The notes under the pieces were generated by a model. That model had not been told where the DNA came from. It searched no databases and was given only the letters and a program-made list of their open reading frames with translations. DNA of 64,000 nt from assembly GCA_950097015.1 (NCBI GenBank), contig CATNEN010000013.1, positions 186,001 through 250,000 on the forward strand, read 5' to 3'. Position 1 is the stretch's first letter. Each line of letters opens with the position of its first letter. The DNA is from Macrostomum hystrix. Lineage: Eukaryota; Animalia; Platyhelminthes. A program made the translations under genes and the position numbers. This document shows, piece after piece, positions 10,133 to 22,547 of the stretch.

Positions 10133-12370
10133 GCAACATCTGATGACGATGAAAATTTTCTTGCAGGTCTGTCATGGTACCGACATTTTGTAGATCAGAC
10201 ACTGATAAATGCATTTAAATTAGGGTATATTAATTCGTTGGTAATTTTACTGTTTAATAATTCAAGGTTACGTGATAATCATACCGAAACGCATTATTAA
10301 AACAGAACCGAAGTCCCTGTAACGCAACTAGGAGCATAATTATTGCAACTCAGCAAATATTTAGCTGGCAATGTGAAAATTAACTCGCTCAGTAACATCT
10401 GCTTGGTGTTATATTTTTTCTGATGTTCTGAACTGCTTTCTATTTCTATACTAAAAAGGACGCTAGCTTGATTTGCTAAAAAAATTTTTTGCACGATTTT
10501 TAGATTTTTACAGACAGATATTTCATCAAGGAGTTACTATAATTACTATAATTATATTTATTTCTATATACATGTCTACTCCAGAAGTCCCTCGCATTTC
10601 AGTTCATTAAATAGAAAATCCAAATGATTTCTTGTCTTTTTCTTCACTTGCATTGACATTTTAGCAGTTAAACAAGCAGTCTGTTTCGTGTTTATTGTAA
10701 AATCTTAAATCTTGCTATTTAAACTATTGATGCAACGCGACCGACTTAATGCTGACTTGGAAAGAAGTCAGAGAGGAAGTCTAATTTTAGAAAGTCTTAG
10801 GCGAACTGTATTTGCCTTGTTGCCTGTTGAAACTGTGTAAAGTTTTTAATAGCGATTGAGTTCGTAGTTTGTAATTACGTTTGCTTTTCGAAGAACTATA
10901 TATTTCAGTTAAGTTTAGCAATGAAATGATCTGCGCGTATGCTGTAATACATATGCAAAAAATAATTTAAAGATGATACATTTTTGAACACACATCATGA
11001 TGCGAAATTGCGTAGCTATACATGGAATTCTTCGTGAGGCATCTCCAAAGCTTTTGGGAAGGCTATCCCAGTTGCTAAATTTGTCTCGTTAACAGAAATA
11101 GAAATGATGAATGCCTGCGTGAGCACCAATGAGCAGTCTTTATGAGTCATTCTCTATTCATTAATTTATCAGCTCAAGCGAGATAAAACAGAAAATTTCA
11201 TAAAATAAGGAAAAAACGTTTGTGCTGGCAACTAGTAGAACCTTACTTTTATTTGATAGGTGCCCTAAAAATATTTGTTTTATTAGGTAATGTGGCACCG
11301 ATGCTTTCAATTCAACCACAACATTCAATTTTCGTGAGCAAATGCGACAATTAAACCACATTGATAAAAGTAGCTGCATGAGAGCGACATTTAAGAAATA
11401 ATAATGGATGGCTTAATTTAAGCAGTTTAGGCTTTTACTTCTTAGTTTTTACTTTAACTATTCACTCTTTTGTTACAAATACATTTATCATTTCATTTAT
11501 TCATCGACTTATTTTAGTTTTAACTTTTTATTCATAATAAAGAGGAGTCAGTCAGCATGCTGTATTTCATAATATCGTATCGCTTGTTCACGATATATAC
11601 ATAAAAATAGTTTAAGAGCTATAGACATCGGGCCTAATATTTTTATATTTGTTTTGAAATAAATGACTTATTTTATTTCATAAATTAGTAGTAGCTTTTT
11701 GTTAAGTACTCTTTATATATCCTAAAAACAACTCAGCAATTTTTATTTCTATAGCTATAAAAATAACAAGTGACAATGCTGACCATGCCTAGCAATTTCT
11801 AGTTTGTTTGCTTGAAAACTTACAAACCAATGTTTTGATTATATGCACATATGTAGTAATGAATTACTAAAACTCTTTAACACAAATATTATTTTTTGTT
11901 TTTTGATTTCAATATCTGAATGTTCATTATATCCAAAAATTGTGTTTTAATTCAATATAAATATATATTTTAGGATAAAACTATTGCTATTTATAGGTAA
12001 AATTTTGCACAGCAGCAAGTAAATCTATTATATCTTTAGCTAATTTGTTAAGCCATCTTTCGAGGTACTTGAAGTTTCTCCTTAACAGAAATTTTGCATT
12101 GTGAAAAAGTGTTCTCTATGATGGTAATTTTAAATAAAATGATTCAGTGTTCATCCAAAAAATTTTATTCCCTTTTAAGGGTACAATATTGTCATATTTT
12201 TTCATAAGAAGGTTATGAAACTTATGGTTAGAAACTTATGAGCTTAAGTTTCTCATAAGAATATTGTATAGCTCATTAGCATGAAAATAAATTTCAGAAA
12301 CTTAGAATTAGAACCTTTAAAATAAGCTATAAGCCCCATTCCTGCTCCAGGACGCAGACAGCATCGATAA

Positions 12371-12834
12371 ATGGGCTGCTTCTTATCAAGGCCTGCCGCT
12401 GGCGAGAAACCGCCATTGCTAGATTATTATCAGCAACAGCAGTTGCATCAGCAGCAGTATCAGCAACACCAACAACAACTACTGTATGATCAGCAGCATC
12501 AATACCAGCATTATCAACAGAATCAACAGCAGCGGCAGCGGCAGTCTCTACAGCAACAGCAGCAGCAGCAGCAGCATCAGGCGGTTCCTTGGCAAGTTGG
12601 CACCGCCACTCCAGTGACTCGAATCCGCTGCCGACTGCCGCAGCCGCAGCTGCAGCCAAATGCCGAGGCATTGCAGGCGTCTCAGCCGCCGCCGCCACCG
12701 AGGCGCCAATGTCAGCTGGTGGCGCGTGCCATCTTTGCCTACAAGGCACAGCACCAGGACGACCTGACGTTCTGCGCAGGAGACCGGCTTGAGATACTCA
12801 GCGGCGGCACCCAGCAGCCCTGGTGCTTCGCCAG
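12371..12834 (+). CDS. Src-family tyrosine kinase exon 1 (MGC acylation motif, Gln-rich unique domain, SH3 N-part)
   Basis: MGCFLS start, ARAIFAYKAQHQDDLTF SH3 motif, donor AG|GTGAGC at 12835, phase 2. Confidence 0.9.
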
Positions 12835-12872
12835 GTGAGCAAAATGAGCATTTTGCTAAAGTATATATACAT

Positions 12873-13200
12873 CTTCCTTCCTTCCTTCCTTCCTTCCTTC
12901 CTTCCTTCCTTACTTCCTTCCTTCCTTCCTTCCTTCCTTCCTTTCTTCCTTCCTTCCTTCCTTGCTTCCTTCCTTCCTCCCTTCCTTCCTTCCTTCCTTC
13001 CTTCCTTCCTTCCTTCCTTCCTTCCTTCCTTCCTTCCTTTCTTCCTTCCTTCCTTCCTTGCTTCCTTCCTTCCTCCCTCCCTTCCTTCCTTCCTTCCTTC
13101 CTTCCTTCCTTCCATCCTTCCTTTCTTCCATCCTTTTTTGCATCCTTCCTTCCTTCCTTTTTTGCATCCTTCCTTCCTTCCTTCTTTGCATCCTTCCTTC
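12873..13200. repeat. (CCTT)n microsatellite in Src intron 1
   Basis: About 330 bp of CCTT units, degenerate at the 3' end. Confidence 0.97.
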
Positions 13201-13226
13201 CTACAATGCCCATCCGACACCCACAG

Positions 13227-13401
13227 ACACACTACAAGCGGTCTCACAGGCTATGTGCCCGGCAGCCATCTTCAGCTGGAGTCCGACGACCGGCCCAGCT
13301 CACTGGCCGCATGGTTCGAGGTCAGCCGGCGCGACGCCGACCGGCACCTCCTGCTGCCCGGCAATCCTAGCGGCACCTACATACTGCGGCCTAGCTCGCA
13401 G
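13227..13401 (+). CDS. Src-family kinase exon 2 (SH3 end, SH2 start)
   Basis: Acceptor CCACAG|A; reads R-HTTSGLTGYVP...WFEVSRRDADRHLL...TYILRPSSQ; donor CAG|GTAGCT; phases match both neighbours. Confidence 0.9.
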
Positions 13402-13566
13402 GTAGCTTGACTGATTGCTTAATCTTGTCCTTCAATGAGAAGCCGCTGCACCCCCATCCACTGGTCCTTCAATGAGAAGCCGCTGCTCCCCCATCCACTG
13501 GTCCTTTAATTGCTCTCTTACATGGTCCCACATTTGACTATTAATGATGATTTAACTAAAATCCAG

Positions 13567-13883
13567 GGCCAATATGCTCTGAGCGTCAGAATCAAAGATC
13601 CCAACTTGGATCGCAACTATCTGGTGCGTCACTTCCGCATCCGGTGCACGGACGCTGGCGGATATTACATAGCGCCGCAGGTGACTTTCTCCTCACTGAG
13701 AGATCTGCTGACTCACTACTCGGAGGTCGACGATATTGGCGGCATCGGCTGCCGTCTTGTCGGGCCTTGTCCGCGAGCCTACAAACCACCGGTGCAGTTT
13801 CGCGACGTTGAAGTCAACAGGGCCTGCGTGCAGCTTGGGGGGCGACTTGGCGGAGGCTCCTTTGGCGAGGTCTACCTGGCCAG
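13567..13883 (+). CDS. Src-family kinase exon 3 (SH2, linker, Gly-rich loop)
   Basis: Acceptor ATCCAG|GGC; GQYALSVR...VRHFRI...LGGGSFGEVY; donor AG|GTGAGC, phase 2. Confidence 0.92.
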
Positions 13884-14402
13884 GTGAGCGGCCTTTGGAC
13901 TTCTCATTCCGAAAGTACTTTTAACAGTAGAAAGACAATGGGGAGTATTTTAAATACTATTTTTCCTGTATTTCCTAAAATATTCAACCAAACTCCATAA
14001 AAATCCACAACACGGGCTAAAATTACCGCCCTATCCGATGAAACAACCTCCAAAATCACAAAACATCGGCATCGTCAAGATATTCAACAGTTATCGTCGG
14101 GGTGTCTGGTAGCAAAGACCCTAAATATATGGGCAATTTTTTTGGTCATAATATTTCACTATGTAGCATTGTAGGCTATTATTGTTAATTATATTGTTAA
14201 TTTTTTTATTATGAAACAATACAGATCCGCCAATGATCGAAAATCGGTCATTCGGTTTGGGAGCTGTCGTGAAATAGGCAGTGGATATTTGAAATATCCC
14301 GTGGTCATTCCCTAGAGGGGAAAAATAGCGTGGTCTTACTACTGTTAATGTTTCCAATTATTCAATATTATTATTATTATGTCGGAAACCAAAACTTGCC
14401 AG

Positions 14403-14818
14403 ATGGAACGACTGCCTGGACGTGGCCGTCAAGACAATGAAGCCGAACGCCACGGACGCCGAGCGTTTCATCTCTGAAGCGCGCATTCTTCACCGGCTGA
14501 ATCATCCGCGCGTTGTCCAACTGCTTGGCGTCTGCACAGACGGTGAGCCGCTGTACATCATCACGGAGCTGATGCCGGAAGGCGCCCTGCTGGACTTCCT
14601 GCGCAGGGAGGCCGGCTCCAGTCTTGGCTTCGATCAGCTGGTTGACATGATGGCCCAGGTGGCTGACGGCATGGCCTACCTGGAGACCATGAACTTTGTG
14701 CATCGCGACCTGCGCGCCGCCAACATACTGGTTGGCCAGAACCGCTGGCTGAAGGTTGCCGACTTTGGCCTAGCCAGGATTACTGACGGCGCCTCAGTGT
14801 CAGCTGCCGCCAATACAG
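14403..14818 (+). CDS. Src-family kinase exon 4 (VAVK, HRDLRAAN, DFG)
   Basis: Acceptor TTGCCAG|A; Src-type HRDLRAANILV and KVADFGLAR; donor G|GTGATG, phase 1. Confidence 0.92.
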
Positions 14819-15168
14819 GTGATGCGAGGTTGAAAGTATTTGGTGTGTGTTTTAGACAATGTAATCCATCGAGCACTTTCGATTTTTTTAGACTATTCAA
14901 TTGGGAGGATTTTAAGGGATTTTTTAGACGATTCAATTTAGAAGATTTTAAGGGATTTTTGAGACTTCAGTTTAGAGGGCTTCAATTTTAAATTACTGAT
15001 CATTCAGTTTTTAGGATTTTTGGAATTTCTAAACTGTCCCACTGTTCGTCGACAAAAAGTTAAAACTTAACCTTTTTTAAAGCCAGGTACTCGTAGTACG
15101 CACCAGAAGTGTGAATTGGTGTAGCCGATTCGAGTCATCCCTAATTATCGCGCAAATCCAAATTGCAG

Positions 15169-15524
15169 GCGCCAAGTTTCCAATTCGTTGGACAGCACCA
15201 GAGGCGGCCGGCTGGCAGCGGGCGTTCAGCGTCAAATCCGACGTCTGGTCGTTCGGCGTGCTGATGTGGGAGATTGTGACCTACGGCCGGGTGCCCTACC
15301 CGGGCATGCCCAATCGCCAGGTGCTGCAGGCCGTTGCTGGCGGCTACCGCATGCCCAACCCGCACGACGGCTACCGGGTCCGCTGCGACCCCGGCGTCTA
15401 CCTGATCATGGGCGACTGCTGGGCCGACTGTCCGGCTGCTAGGCCGACCTTCGCCTATCTGAAGGACGCACTGGAGAACTACAGTGTCACAGCTGAGGCC
15501 CAGTACGTACAGGACAAGCTGTGA
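15169..15524 (+). CDS. Src-family kinase exon 5 (C-lobe and regulatory tail)
   Basis: Acceptor TTGCAG|GC gives GAKFPIRWTAPE, SDVWSFG, and a C-terminal AEAQYVQDKL tail tyrosine. Confidence 0.93.
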
Positions 15525-15539
15525 TCCTTCCAGAGAGCA

Positions 15540-15620
15540 AGTGGCAGAGAGGTTGTTGTGCTAACATCTCACAACAAGGTCCCTGAGTTCGAATCCCCGG
15601 CGAGGCCACATTAGATTTAG
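15540..15620 (+). mobile_element. SINE family A head fragment in the Src 3' UTR
   Basis: GTGGCAGAG...AAGGTCCCTGAGTTCGAATCCCCGGCGAGGCCACATT matches the family A 5' end. Confidence 0.7.
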
Positions 15621-16440
15621 GGTACAGCCTGAGATGTACACAGCATTGTGATAGTATGCCTGCGTTTCAGAGTCAGGAGTAAGAATCTACTGTCACCAAT
15701 TTATGTGCCATTGACCACTGCAAATAGTAAAAGCAAAAACTATTAGAGTCATAGATAGAGAGATGCATAGATAGAAATCACCTCTCGAGGCTTCGAACTC
15801 CAGACCTCCACTCGATTACCACAGAAGCGATTGATGACAAAGATGATTTAAAATGTATTTCTATTGGTCTGTGATGCTTTTAATTGAAATGTGTTTTGTG
15901 TTTGCTATTGTGTTTTACTGGTTGTACAGTTTGCACTTTTGAAAAGGCTGAGCAGGAAATTGAAAAGCGGATTTGATTGCTTGGCTAACAGGAAATTTGT
16001 AGATGCTGTTGTTATATTTGTAGATTGCTGTCTAGTCGCATTGTTGCTGCTTTTTTTCAGGAACGTCAATAGCAATAAGTTTCTCTTTTGTAGTGTGCGT
16101 TAGTTGCTAAAACAGCTCATCAATGATGTTTTACACAAGCCTCATTTTTCCTCGACCACTTTTTTACTTCTAAGACTTGCTTTTTTTGAAAGCATGATTA
16201 ATGTGTGTTATCTGTCTTTTTCATTTACTTGCATTGTTTTATCTTATTTTGCTGTTGATATTTGTTTATTATTTTCACTTATATCTTTAAACTTTAATAT
16301 CAGTCTATTAATTATATTTGCTTGATATAAGTTTTGTTCAATCTGTGTTCATATTGCTGCACCAGTTTTATAATTTACTTCCCTTCCCATTATCCCTTCC
16401 CGGTATGTTCGCAAAGCTCTTTTGCACATTCCAATGCAGC

Positions 16441-17025
16441 AGTCAAACCCCAAAGGTACACAGTCAAATCTCACAGGTACACAGTCAAATCCCACAGGTA
16501 CAATGTCAAATCCCACATGTACTTAGTCAAATCTCACAGGTACAAAGTCAAATCCCACATGTACTTAGTCAAATCTCACAGGTACAAAGTCAAATCCCAC
16601 ATGTACTTAGTCAAATCTCACAGGTACAAAGTCAAATCCCACATGTACTTAGTCAAATCTCACAGGTACAAAGTCAAATCCCACAGGTACAAAGTCAAAT
16701 CCCACATGTACTTAGTCAAATCTCACAGGTACAAAGTCAAATCCCACATGTACTTAGTCAAATCTCACAGGTACAAAGTCAAATCCCACATGTACTTAGT
16801 CAAATCTCACAGGTACAAAGTCAAATCCCACATGTACTTAGTCAAATCTCACAGGTATACAGTCAAATCTCACAGGTATACAGTCAAAACCCACAGGTAC
16901 TTAGTCAAATCTCACAGGTATACAGTCAAATCTCACAGGTATACAGTCAAATCTCACAGGTATACAGTCAAATCTCACAGGTATACACACTATACAGTCA
17001 AAACTCACAGGTACACAGTCGAATC
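16441..17025. repeat. 21-bp minisatellite, partly organised as 42-bp dimers
   Basis: Alternating CACAGGTACAAAGTCAAATCC and CACATGTACTTAGTCAAATCT. Confidence 0.95.
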
Positions 17026-17667
17026 CCACGTATAGATCGCCTTGACTCTCAATTTTTGCGTTAATCCAAGCAAACTACTGGTTCACACATCAGTCAAATA
17101 TCCTAGTCTTATCGAGTTCATAACGCATTACGCTCGACTATAAACATAAAGTTTGCATTTACCAGCTAGTCTAAGCTGAAGACTCATGTCTGTGTTTTTC
17201 TGTGTTTCGATAACGGTAAACTCAAATTAGAGTTTACCTGAGCTTTCGGTACGGCGAAACACCGTTTTTAGGCTTGTTTCGCAGTTGTGTTACATTAAAT
17301 TATCTTTTGTTGATTTGAGTCGCTTTTTAGAGTTGACGTGGCTCACAACTTTTTATTAGATTTAGCGACATAGGGTCGGCAACTGTATCTACCTAGATGA
17401 GCATATAAACTCATGTCTTACGCCTATCAAAATTGGTCACTTTTTTGCGTTCGCGAGTTCTTTTTCTATAAAATATATTGCTTAATATGATCCACAATCA
17501 TTTTTATTATTTCGTATCGTTCAATTAGAATTCTGTTAATTTTGTTTTAAGTTTGGTTAATTCGATTTGCACAGCTGCAAATAGAGCTTGTAGTTTAGTG
17601 GTTTGAACTACAAAATTCTACCATATTGTCTGCCTGTTTTTGAGTAGCGAGCTGTGCTAGCGAGTGT

Positions 17668-17890
17668 TGCAGCCTTGTAGTTAGAGTGTCGGACTCACGA
17701 CTAGAAGGTCGGGGGTTCGATTCCCGACTCTACCACACTTAACTCTGAATCGCTTTAGTTCAGCCAGCGCTGAGCAGCATTTAGATGTTTTTAAGATCAG
17801 CTTAGTAGATAAAATATTGAAACACACCATTTAATCAGCTTTTTAATGAAAAAAACTGAGACAGCCAGCTGTAAAATGGGTACCAGGGGT
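17668..17890 (+). mobile_element. SINE family B (tRNA head plus CORE-like domain), interrupted copy
   Basis: Head with GGTTCGATTCC B-box, CACTTAACTCTG, and CAGCTGTAAAATGGGTACC after a roughly 90-bp interruption. Confidence 0.7.
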
Positions 17891-18867
17891 AGAAATGAGC
17901 TGTAGAATATTTTCAGCATTTTCAGCATTCTAATGCGTAGCTATAACGAAATCTTATTTGGATAATTCGCTTTCAGTAATGAAAACTTAAAATATAAAAT
18001 TATTTAAACTTCTTCTCATGTTTTTCGCTTGCCACATTTGGTCACGCAAACGCAGTCCTGCAGTATGGGTGTGTTGTGGAGACAGCCACCTAACTACATA
18101 GCCTATGCGCCGCCTTTATTAACTTAAGGAGAACTACATTCCCCTATGGGATTTGGGGTCATAAAATGTGCGACCAAGAGAAGGGACGAGTGAGCGAGAG
18201 AAGGGGATTTTGGTGGGGAATCAGGGCTGGTAAAGCCGATTGATTGGGTTAACTGGCCATCCCGCGCCTGAGCTTGTTGGGACATTGGGACGTGGATATG
18301 CTTGTATGGGAACGGGATAGTGCGATGGGTCACTGAGATGGGGAAGAGAGGATCTCTGTCTTCCCCCCCGTTAGCCGCAACCCCAAGCTCATGTCGGGTT
18401 GCCTGTGGAGCTGCAGCAGCCTCTGCAAGACCCTGTACTGCGTTTGTCTCTGGCTTAGAATTGACAGAGTTCTGCTTCTAACAGAGGCAAATATTTCTGA
18501 CCAACGGCGACTATGCAAATGAGGGAAGCGACTCGTATCATCTTTTTTATATTTTATGGCGAATGAGCTGATATTACTGTGAGTAGGATGATGCGCTTTG
18601 CTCCTGAATTGCAGCGGAGTAAGAATTTTATGGAGCGCAAATACGATTGTCAAATTTAAGCAAAAACTTCTGGTTGAAAAAGTTTGGATAAAACAAGCAC
18701 AGAGTTGCTTTCAAGCTTCAAGCTTGTGAAACTCGACTCTATCCAATGCTGCTTTTTTGCCGAAAATGACTTGAAATATGGAGGCCTCTGCACCGGGAAC
18801 GGGGGAAGCTCTGGGCTGCAATAATGCGAATCTGATATGCAAACTGACTTAGCTGCAGGGACAAACC

Positions 18868-20076
18868 ACTGAGTCAGCTGTAGCTGCTGTTGCAACCTCT
18901 GTCAGTGAGTCAGCTGTAGCTGCTGTTGCAACCTCTGTGACTGAGTCAGCTGTAGCTGCTGTTGCAACCTCTGTCAGTGAGTAAGCTGTAGCTGCAGTTG
19001 CAACCTCTGTGAGTGAGTAAGCTGTAGCTGCTGTTGCAACCTCTGTGAGTGAGTCAGCTGTAGCTGCAGTTGCAACCTCTGTCAGTGAGTCAGCTGTAGC
19101 TGCTGTTGCAACCTCTGTCAGTGAGTAAGCTGTAGCTGCTGTTGCAACCTCTGTCAGTGAGTAAGCTGTAGCTGCTGTTGCAACCTCTGTGAGTGAGTCA
19201 GCTGTAGCTGCAGTTGCAACCTCTGACACTGAGTCAGCTGTAGCTGCTGTTGCAACCTCTGTGACTGAGTCAGCTGTAGCTGCTGTTGCAACCTCTGTCA
19301 GTGAGTAAGCTGTAGCTGCTGTTGCAACCTCTGTGACTGAGTCAGCTGTAGCTGCAGTTGCAACCTCTGTCAGTGAGTAAGCTGTAGCTGCTGTTGCAAC
19401 CTCTGTGAGTGAGTCAGCTGTAGCTGCAGTTGCAACCTCTGTCAGTGAGTAAGCTGTAGCTGCTGTTGCAACCTCTGTGAGTGAGTCAGCTGTAGCTGCT
19501 GTTGCAACCTCTGTGACTGAGTCAGCTGTAGCTGCTGTTGCAACCTCTGTCAGTGAGTAAGCTGTAGCTGCTGTTGCAACCTCTGTGAGTGAGTCAGCTG
19601 TAGCTGCTGTTGCAACCTCTGTCAGTGAGTCAGCTGTAGCTGCTGTTGCAACCTCTGTGACTGAGTCAGCTGTAGCTGCTGTTGCAACCTCTGTCAGTGA
19701 GTAAGCTGTAGCTGCAGTTGCAACCTCTGTGAGTGAGTAAGCTGTAGCTGCAGTTGCAACCTCTGTCAGTGAGTAAGCTGTAGCTGCTGTTGCAACCTCT
19801 GTGAGTGAGTCAGCTGTAGCTGCTGTTGCAACCTCTGTGACTGAGTCAGCTGTAGCTGCTGTTGCAACCTCTGTCAGTGAGTAAGCTGTAGCTGCTGTTG
19901 CAACCTCTGTGAGTGAGTCAGCTGTAGCTGCAGTTGCAACCTCTGTCAGTGAGTCAGCTGTAGCTGCAGTTGCAACCTCTGTCAGTGAGTCAGCTGTAGC
20001 TGCAGTTGCAACCTCTGTCAGTGAGTCAGCTGTAGCTGCTGTTGCAACCTCTGTGAGTGAGTCAGCTGTAGCTGCT
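18868..20076. repeat. 36-bp minisatellite, about 33 copies
   Basis: Unit GAGTCAGCTGTAGCTGCTGTTGCAACCTCTGTCAGT with few variants. Confidence 0.97.
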
Positions 20077-20984
20077 GGGATGAAGCAAGGAAAGTTATTT
20101 GGATTAAAAGTATTTCACTGTTAATAAAAACAGAATTTAAAAATGTTAACACTGTTTAATTTAAATAAAATGCGACCCATTTTTATGTAAATATACAAAA
20201 TGTATTATGTATTTATACTAGTACTGATATTGTATGATAATGAATTAGACTAAGAGAAGCTTTAGGCGAATGCTTGCAAATGTACGCCAAACGTATTGGA
20301 GTAGGCGGGTCCAGAAAAGCTAGAAGAACAGACGGCATAAGCTTAGGATAAGCTCGAAAGCTGAGAAAATTCAGTGAAACTGGCATGAATAAGAACTATG
20401 CTCAAGATAAATTGAAAGCAACGTTTGGATGAAGCTCCTACAGCTGAAAGCGGAACCACACCTGCTCATTAGGCAGATGTGGCAGAGTTACTCAAAGAGT
20501 TGCAAATTAAAATTTGCTTTCCTACTCAAGTGTCTGAGTAACGGATGACAAATCGTAGTCTGTTTGAGTATGAATTCAATTCCGCTTTGAAATATTCGCA
20601 GACAAATTTTCTGGTCTTGGCCTCGCGTCTCAAAATTTAATCAGCGTTTTTATAATTTTATCGTCCGTTTGCTGTTGGCAATGATCGTCATTAAAGTGCA
20701 GGTTAAAACAAAAGCAACAAAACAAGGACTGGTCATTATTAAAAGGAATAATTATATACAAAAAAACTTTGAAAAGCGGAACTCAGCTCTGCGATTGAGT
20801 TCAGCGTTTATATTTTTCCTACCATCATTGGTAAATTACTTATCTTTATTTGCTCAATAATTTTTTATATAATTTCACACTACACTGTACTTTATAGGCT
20901 TTATGGTCTGCAGTAACAGATAAGTAGCTGATTTCACCTCCAGATGTGAAACCAACAGCACAGATGCAGCTTTTGCGCATCTGA

Positions 20985-21200
20985 ATGCTGCGTTCGAATG
21001 ACCAGTCCGTGGACTGGTGGGCTGCCACACCCTCCTCAATACCCCAGCTAATGCTGGTACACATTTAACAGCTGGGTGAACTGAAGCAATGCAGAGTTAA
21101 GTGTCTTGCTAAAGGACATAAATTGCTCCAGTGGAGTCGGGAATCGAACCCCCGACCTTCAAGTCGTGAGTCTGACGCTCTAACCACTAGGCTACAACCC
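20985..21200 (-). mobile_element. SINE family B copy
   Basis: Reverse complement of the 32685-32950 element (GGGAATCGAACCCCCGACCTTCAAG; CAGCTGGGTGAAC). Confidence 0.8.
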
Positions 21201-21611
21201 AACGGTTAGAGCTTCGGACTACGCTGGCCGAGAGGTCGTGACTTCGAATCTCAGCCTATTTGTGAGTAAGACACCTATGATATCATTGGCTATCGAGTAA
21301 TAGCAAGGTTTTCCCGGATGGAAGCTAGCCTAATTTTATGGACCCCAGTTCCCGGACAAATCTGAAGTGATTCGGCGCGGAAATACCCCCGGAAGTTTGT
21401 TTCAATTGAATAGTAGCTCACGAAGTGGCGGCCGATTGGTCGTGCCACCTCCCCCTCCTCCCGTCAGCAGAGTGAGCAAAATTCTATACTCACATATTTG
21501 AGTAGCTGTTCTGCTCTAAGAGCTCAATTATTATTTTCCTCCAAGCTGAGACAAGGCTAGCGAGAAAAGAGACAGCAGACAGGGAACTGGAAACAGTGTA
21601 GGGACATCAGG

Positions 21612-21674
21612 ATGCTGCAGTCTCGCTCAGCGGACCAGCCGCTGGTGGTGCTGGCGCCGCCTGACTCAAATCAC
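21612..21674 (+). CDS. PDE4: PDE4 alternative N-terminus A, exon A1
   Basis: ATG...MLQSRSADQPLVVLAPPDSNH, donor CAC|GTGAGT, phase 0, matching the acceptor at 22297. Confidence 0.65.
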
Positions 21675-22296
21675 GTGAGTCCCGCGCCCGATTCCTTGTC
21701 TGCATTTTACTCAAAGTTTTCCAACCGCCACGCCGGACTTGATTTTGTTCTGTCAAAGCCAATTCTGTCAAATTTTTCTGGCTTGTTAAGCCTCAATGCC
21801 TTTTGTTACTGGTGCACTCAAAAATTTCACGACTGATAAGTACAAAAGCTGTTATTAACTTTTATTCAACTAATTACATTTATACAGTATGTACATTTAT
21901 TTAGCGGCTGCGTACAGCCGTTCAATCCATGGACTGGACACTGCCCAGTTTACTATTTACGGAAACAATGCGCATATATATAATTTTTTCACCGTGATCA
22001 GTCCAAAACACTGACACCCCTCCTCATAAATATAAAATGTCTCTTCTCCATTTAAAATTATTGTCATTTTCTAAATTCTCATGTGAAATTTGCACACACG
22101 AAGCATTTTATTTTGCTATGTAAAAAGGTAGTAAAAATGTTAACATCTCTACTGATCTACGAGTAGATGAGTAGTGTGTTGCGCATTTCATGTGCCTTAG
22201 AAAAAATTGACATCTGTATTCCGGAAAGTAAGGTTAAAAAATTCATTTTCCTATCTCAATATTTATTAAGTTAAACGTTAAAAATCTCAAAATCAG

Positions 22297-22463
22297 GATC
22301 TACTGGCTCTGCCTGAGTCCAGTCTAAAGCAGCAGCAGCAGCAGCAGCAGAGGCGCCACTCGGATCACGCGCTGTACCGCAGGGCCAGGGACCAGCCAAT
22401 CAGAGGAGGCCTGGCCGTTAAGCTCCCGCAGATTTGCATCACCCTCAGCTGTAACAGCGACGG
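22297..22463 (+). CDS. PDE4: PDE4 alternative N-terminus A, exon A2
   Basis: Acceptor AATCAG|GAT; DLLALPESSLKQ7RRHSDHALYRRARDQPIRGGLAVKLPQICITLSCNSD; donor GG|GTGAGC, phase 2. Confidence 0.72.
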
Positions 22464-22547
22464 GTGAGCGAGCCCTCTAGACCATAAACTAATGTGGGAA
22501 TCAGGAATCGTGCGCTAGGGATATTTTCGAATGATGAGAATGAGATG

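Noticed and set aside
18391-18522. 43-aa Cys-rich ORF (MSGCLWSCSSLCKTLYCVC...) upstream of PDE4 unit A
   Set aside because: Ends in a stop with no suitable donor and no recognisable family.
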